Under the pieces are notes generated by a model, which saw only the letters and a list, made by a program, of their open reading frames with translations, did not search any database and had not been told where the DNA came from. A program made the position numbers and the translations under genes. Below are positions 59,461-64,000 of a stretch of DNA of 64,000 bases, one piece after another (the stretch's first letter is position 1; each line of letters opens with the position of its first letter). The DNA lies in contig CAWJEN010000006.1 of NCBI GenBank assembly GCA_963841915.1, positions 544,001 through 608,000 on the forward strand, read 5' to 3'. The stretch comes from an uncultured Planctomycetota bacterium. GTDB taxonomy: Bacteria; Planctomycetota; Phycisphaerae; Tepidisphaerales; Tepidisphaeraceae.

Positions 59461-62388
59461 ATGGCCGACACGAATCAAGACGAACAGACCAGCGGCTACG
59501 GCGGCGCCTTCACCGGGCGGCCGCGCAGGCGAACGACGCGCACCAGTGTCAAGGTCATCGACGCCGTCGCCAAGTACGGCATCACGGCAGGCGGGCTCGG
59601 CGTCATCGGCGCGCTCGCGCTCATCATGGTCTTTCTCGTGTCGGTTGTCGTGCCGTTGTTCGGCGACGCCGAGGTGGAAGGACAACTCGCGACGGACCTG
59701 CCGCCGAGCGATGGCAGACCCGTCGCCATGGCGCTCGATCGCAACCTCCGGGCGGCCTGGACGCTCAGCGCCGAGGGGAGCTTGCAATCGCTCATGGTCG
59801 AACCTGCCGACGACGAGGATGCACCGGGTCGCGTGACACCGGTCGCCACGCAAATGCTCGGTGGCGACGGGACGATCACCGCCAAGTCCGTAGACAAGGA
59901 CGCGATCGCCCTGGGCTTTGCCTCGGGCAAAGTGATGCTCGGCACGATCGGCTTTTCGCTGGACTACCTCAACGAGCGGCCGACGGAGCTGCGCCATCTG
60001 GAGTACGGCCAGGCGGTCAGCTACGACGGTGGCGTGGCCGACCTGACGCGGCAAGGCACGGTCCGCCTGACCAAGCTCGACGCACAGCTGGCCGACCCGA
60101 TTGATCTGCTCGAAGGTGGCCTGGTAGAGCAGCAGCCCATCACGCACATCGACTACGCGGGCGGAGCCGGCTACGGCGGCGGGACCGCGGTGCTCGCCGC
60201 ACGCCTGCAGGACGGCCGACTGTTCTGGGCGCAGTCGACGACCAAGCGGGACATGCGGACGGGTGAGCCGCGGACGACGCTGCGTCGCTATGAGCTGCCG
60301 TCGCCTCAGCGTCACGACGCCGACGCCGAAGTCGCCGGCCTCATGCTCGGCCGCGAGGGTGACTTTGTCTTCCTGCTTTTCGCCGACGGTCACCTTGTCT
60401 GGTACGACGCGACGGCCCTCAAGAAGGTGCGACGCGGGGTCGAGCCGCAAGCGATCATCGCCCAGGAGCTCGACACGCTCGACGCAAACTTGAGCGTCTC
60501 CGCCGCCGAGATGTTGGCCGGTGACTACACGCTGATTGTGGCCGACTCCGAAGGCGGCGTCAGCGGCTGGTTCCCAGCTGCGCCTGCCGAGGAGGGTGGC
60601 AGCTGGTCGGTCGAGCAGGTGCACGTCCTTGAACCTCAGCCGGCGCCGATCACGTCGATCAGCGTCAGCCAGCGCGACCGGCAGTTCCTCACCGGCGACG
60701 CCGATGGCAACGTGTGGCTGCGTCACATGACGAGCAATACGACGCAGGCGAAGCTCGATGGGGCTCGCGGCAACATCGTGGTCTCGGCAACGGCTCCGTC
60801 GATGGACGCAGCCGCAGTCATTACGGCCGACGGTCAGCTCGCGATGTGGCAGCTCGACAATCCGCACGCCGACGGCAAGCTGCGTCAGCTGTTTCTGCCG
60901 GTGCACTACGAAGGTCGGGCGGCTGAGAGCTTTGTGTACCAGTCGAGCAGTGCCGGTGACGACGCCGAGCCCAAGTACAGCCTCGTCCCGCTCGTGTGGG
61001 GCACGATGAAGGCGACCATCTACGCGATGTTGTTCGCAACGCCGATCGCGATCCTGGCGGCGATCTACTCCAGCGAGTTCATGCAGCCGGGCGTGCGGAG
61101 CGTGGTGAAACCGGGCATCGAGATGATGGCCGGCTTGCCGTCGGTCGTGCTCGGATACATCGCAGCTCAGGTGCTCGCGCCGTTCGCCGAAGACGTGCTG
61201 GGCGGCTTGCTGGTGACGTTCGCGGCAGTGCCGGTGGGCGTGATGGTATTTGGCTTCCTCTGGCAGCTCGTGCCACCGAGCGAGGTGAACAGGCAGGGCG
61301 GCTTCTGGGCGCTGGGCGGCCTCGGGCTCGTCGGCTTGGCCGGCCTTTTCTTCTTCGGCGGTACGGTGCCGATGCCAGTCGTGATTGTCTTCGTTGTACT
61401 CGCGGCGATTCTGGCCGGCTTTGTCTTCGGTATGGGCGAAGACGTTGGGCCGTTCATGCCGTTCATCGTGATGGCCGAGCTGGTGTTGGCGAGCATCCTC
61501 CTCGGTCTGGCGCTCGGCCCGGCGTTTGAGGCGATCCTCTTCGGTGGCGACCTGCGTGGCTGGCTGCGGGGCGACCCGAGCGGCTGGGTCGCACAGATGC
61601 CTTTGTGGTTCCAGGCCGTTCCCGGCTGGACGTTGCTGCTGACGCCGATCCTGACGGTAACGCTCGTGCTCGTCTTCAACCTCTACGTCCGTCCGAACAT
61701 GAAGCTGTTCGACGGCGTGAACCGGTCGCGGACGCAAATCGCCGTCATTGATCTCATTCGCTTCGTCGTCATCGGCATCGTCGGCCTGCTCGCCGCCGCC
61801 GCGGTTGGCAGCCTGTTCAGCCTCATCGGCGAGTGGACCGGTTACCGCTTCGACCTTCGAAGTGATCCGCTCGACCCGCTCACGGGCGGCGTCGTCGACT
61901 CCAACGGCGTCTTCGGCAGCTTCGACCCGCGCAACGCGCTCAACGTCGGCATGATCATGGGATTTGCTATCATCCCGATCATCTACACCGTCAGCGAAGA
62001 CGCCTTGACGGCCGTGCCCAACACGTTGCGGTCGGCGAGCCTCGGTGCCGGCGCGACGCCGTGGCAGACGGCCATTCGCGTCGTGCTGCCGGTGGCGATC
62101 AGCGGCATTTTCTCGGCCTGCATGATCGGCCTCGGCCGCGCGGTCGGTGAGACGATGATCGTCCTGATGGCTGCCGGTAATACGGCCACCATGAACCTCA
62201 ACGTCTTCGACGGCATGCGAACCCTCGCCGCCAACGTGGCGACGGAAATGCCCGAAGCGCCGCAGGGCGGCACGCACTATCGCATCCTGTTTCTCAGCGG
62301 CGTCGTGCTGTTCGCGATGACGTTCCTCGTGAACACGGCCGCGGAATTCGTTCGCATCCGCTTCAGAAAGAGGGCGTTTCAGCTGTAA
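59461..62388 (+). CDS. pstC: Phosphate ABC permease PstC, long form with a beta-propeller-like periplasmic domain
   Basis: PLVWGTMKA, KPGIEMMAGLPSVVLG, SEDAL..VP, GRAVGETMIV, RTLAAN. Confidence 0.92.
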   Translation: MADTNQDEQTSGYGGAFTGRPRRRTTRTSVKVIDAVAKYGITAGGLGVIGALALIMVFLVSVVVPLFGDAEVEGQLATDLPPSDGRPVAMALDRNLRAAWTLSAEGSLQSLMVEPADDEDAPGRVTPVATQMLGGDGTITAKSVDKDAIALGFASGKVMLGTIGFSLDYLNERPTELRHLEYGQAVSYDGGVADLTRQGTVRLTKLDAQLADPIDLLEGGLVEQQPITHIDYAGGAGYGGGTAVLAARLQDGRLFWAQSTTKRDMRTGEPRTTLRRYELPSPQRHDADAEVAGLMLGREGDFVFLLFADGHLVWYDATALKKVRRGVEPQAIIAQELDTLDANLSVSAAEMLAGDYTLIVADSEGGVSGWFPAAPAEEGGSWSVEQVHVLEPQPAPITSISVSQRDRQFLTGDADGNVWLRHMTSNTTQAKLDGARGNIVVSATAPSMDAAAVITADGQLAMWQLDNPHADGKLRQLFLPVHYEGRAAESFVYQSSSAGDDAEPKYSLVPLVWGTMKATIYAMLFATPIAILAAIYSSEFMQPGVRSVVKPGIEMMAGLPSVVLGYIAAQVLAPFAEDVLGGLLVTFAAVPVGVMVFGFLWQLVPPSEVNRQGGFWALGGLGLVGLAGLFFFGGTVPMPVVIVFVVLAAILAGFVFGMGEDVGPFMPFIVMAELVLASILLGLALGPAFEAILFGGDLRGWLRGDPSGWVAQMPLWFQAVPGWTLLLTPILTVTLVLVFNLYVRPNMKLFDGVNRSRTQIAVIDLIRFVVIGIVGLLAAAAVGSLFSLIGEWTGYRFDLRSDPLDPLTGGVVDSNGVFGSFDPRNALNVGMIMGFAIIPIIYTVSEDALTAVPNTLRSASLGAGATPWQTAIRVVLPVAISGIFSACMIGLGRAVGETMIVLMAAGNTATMNLNVFDGMRTLAANVATEMPEAPQGGTHYRILFLSGVVLFAMTFLVNTAAEFVRIRFRKRAFQL

Positions 62389-62391
62389 CCG

Positions 62392-64000
62392 ATGGCCAGG
62401 CAAGATCAGCAAACTTCGGGTGCGTCTACCGCCGCCGCTTTGGGTGGCAGGCGTCGTCGGACGTCACTCGCGGCGCGTGGTCAGCCGGCCGTCTGGCTCA
62501 CCGGCGGGGCGGCAGCATTGTCTGTGCTCATGATCGTCGGCCTGTTCGTCCTGGTCGGCGTCTACGGCTTCGGCACGTTCTGGCCGCAGCCGGTCGAACG
62601 CGTTACGTATGAGGCCAAAGGCATGAACGGCCCGGCCACCATCGTCGGCGAGGCGTTCCGTCACGACGTGCAGTTCGTCAACGAAGAACTTGCCGGCCCG
62701 AACGACAGCGACGGTCAGCCGACGCCACTCGATATCAACGACGACGGCCTCATCGAACCACAGGCCGCCATCGACCTGACGCTTTGGCGTACAGGTAATC
62801 GCGACCTTGACACCGGCACGAGCAACTTCGCCTGGGTCCCCGACTACGCGGTGAGCGGCAAGGAATTGCCGAACGACGTGCTCATCGTCGAGCGACAAGT
62901 CGACGGCCGGGCGATCGGTCGGCTCGACGCTGTTGCCATCGACGGGCGTTTGTACGAAGGCTTCGACGCGGCCTGGCCTGCGATGCAGAGCGTGCTCGGC
63001 GATGTCCGTGAGCTGGGCCGCCGCATCGAGGCTATCAAGTCGGAGCGCGGCAACATCGGCGAGGATCGGAAGGTCATTGAAGACCGCCTTGCTGCCGCGA
63101 CGGGTGAAGATCTTGACAATGACGCCGAGCGGCCGGACGTGAGTCAGGAAGATGTTGCCAGGGCTGTCGAACGATCTATCACGGAGACGGCAGAGCTGCA
63201 AGAGCGTGACCGCAATCTTGTCGCCGAGCAGACGACACTCGAGGCCGAGGTCAGCCGATACCGCTTGTTCCTTCGCGACGAATCAGGGCAGATTCTCAGC
63301 GCCAGTCGGACGGGGCGGACGTTCAATGTGTCGGCCCGAACCGTCCTGCCTGCCGACGTGGCTAGCAACGTCGTCGGCGTGAAGCTCATCGACTTCGACG
63401 GCAACACCACGCCCGCCGACCCGACGACGCCGATCATGGGGCTCGAGTCGATGGCGTCGCAGGCCCAGAAGCCGGGTGCCGTCGTCATCAAGCCCAAAGG
63501 CGACACACGGCCGGCGTTGCAGTTCGTCGATGCGTCCGGCAACGACGTCGGAGAACCGTACCTGCTTGCCCCGCGCGCGATCGTCGTTGTCACCGACGGT
63601 GAAGCAGTCGCCGCCGGAAAGCGGGTCGCGATCGAGCCGTTGGCGATGACCATCGGTCAAGTCGTCCACGCTTACCCGCCCAATCAGCTCGGCTTCTTCG
63701 GCAAGCTCGGCGTCTATGGCTCGCGGTGGTGGGAGTTTCTTACGGACAACCCGCGCGACGCCAACATGGAGGGCGGCGTCTGGCCGCACATCGTCGGCAC
63801 CGTGCTGCTGACGTTCATCATGATCGTGTTCGTCGTCCCGATCGGCGTGATCGCCGCGATCTACCTGCGTGAGTACGCGAGGCAGGGGCCGCTGGTAAGC
63901 CTCGTGCGAATCTGCGTCAACAACCTGGCAGGTGTGCCGAGCATCGTCTACGGCGTGTTTGGACTGGGCTTCTTCTGCTACGGCGTGGGCGGTTGGATCG
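62392..64000 (+). CDS. pstA: Phosphate ABC permease PstA, long form; runs off the window end (absent from the ORF track)
   Basis: Manual translation from ATG 62392: GQPAVWLTGG, FWPQP ... WEFLTDNPRDANMEGGV, AIYLREYA, NNLAGVPSIVYGVFGLGFF. Confidence 0.93.
   Translation, partial: MARQDQQTSGASTAAALGGRRRRTSLAARGQPAVWLTGGAAALSVLMIVGLFVLVGVYGFGTFWPQPVERVTYEAKGMNGPATIVGEAFRHDVQFVNEELAGPNDSDGQPTPLDINDDGLIEPQAAIDLTLWRTGNRDLDTGTSNFAWVPDYAVSGKELPNDVLIVERQVDGRAIGRLDAVAIDGRLYEGFDAAWPAMQSVLGDVRELGRRIEAIKSERGNIGEDRKVIEDRLAAATGEDLDNDAERPDVSQEDVARAVERSITETAELQERDRNLVAEQTTLEAEVSRYRLFLRDESGQILSASRTGRTFNVSARTVLPADVASNVVGVKLIDFDGNTTPADPTTPIMGLESMASQAQKPGAVVIKPKGDTRPALQFVDASGNDVGEPYLLAPRAIVVVTDGEAVAAGKRVAIEPLAMTIGQVVHAYPPNQLGFFGKLGVYGSRWWEFLTDNPRDANMEGGVWPHIVGTVLLTFIMIVFVVPIGVIAAIYLREYARQGPLVSLVRICVNNLAGVPSIVYGVFGLGFFCYGVGGWI

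Noticed and set aside
59344..62412. 1022-aa minus-strand ORF, and other long antisense ORFs (27779-29440, 24783-26048, 51726-52895, 52974-54128)
   Set aside because: They mirror well-supported genes, have Arg/His-rich composition and no motifs; typical shadow ORFs of high-GC DNA.

Overview
High-GC chromosomal segment, most likely from a Planctomycetota (Phycisphaerae/Tepidisphaerales-like) bacterium. This is inferred from the HTH-REC regulator, PEP-CTERM proteins, MetX-MetW fusion, long PstC/PstA and HEAT-repeat protein. It is mostly core genome: recA, rnd, glmS, clpB, argC, pstSCA, an LptD-like gene, an MsbA-like ABC transporter, two sppA, a class II photolyase, signalling genes and tRNA-Asn. 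I see no CRISPR array, prophage, transposase or integrase. The most interesting items are ones the ORF list does not explain. (1) The window-truncated PstA carries a ~110-aa insertion that looks like the sandwich-barrel-hybrid domain of RNA polymerase beta'. (2) A family of purine-rich/pyrimidine-rich palindromic elements with GCGAAG units occurs three times, once in frame inside an ABC transporter gene. (3) There are six parS-type palindromes, four of them in two ~74-bp-spaced doublets, suggesting an origin-proximal location. (4) A candidate minus-strand structured RNA has repeated C-rich loops and an intrinsic terminator. (5) Two facing REP-like tandem arrays (4x17 bp and 4x23 bp) lie between two genes. 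(6) Several apparent pseudo-enzymes or degenerate domains are present. All homology calls come from motif recognition, with no database search, and start codons are best guesses.
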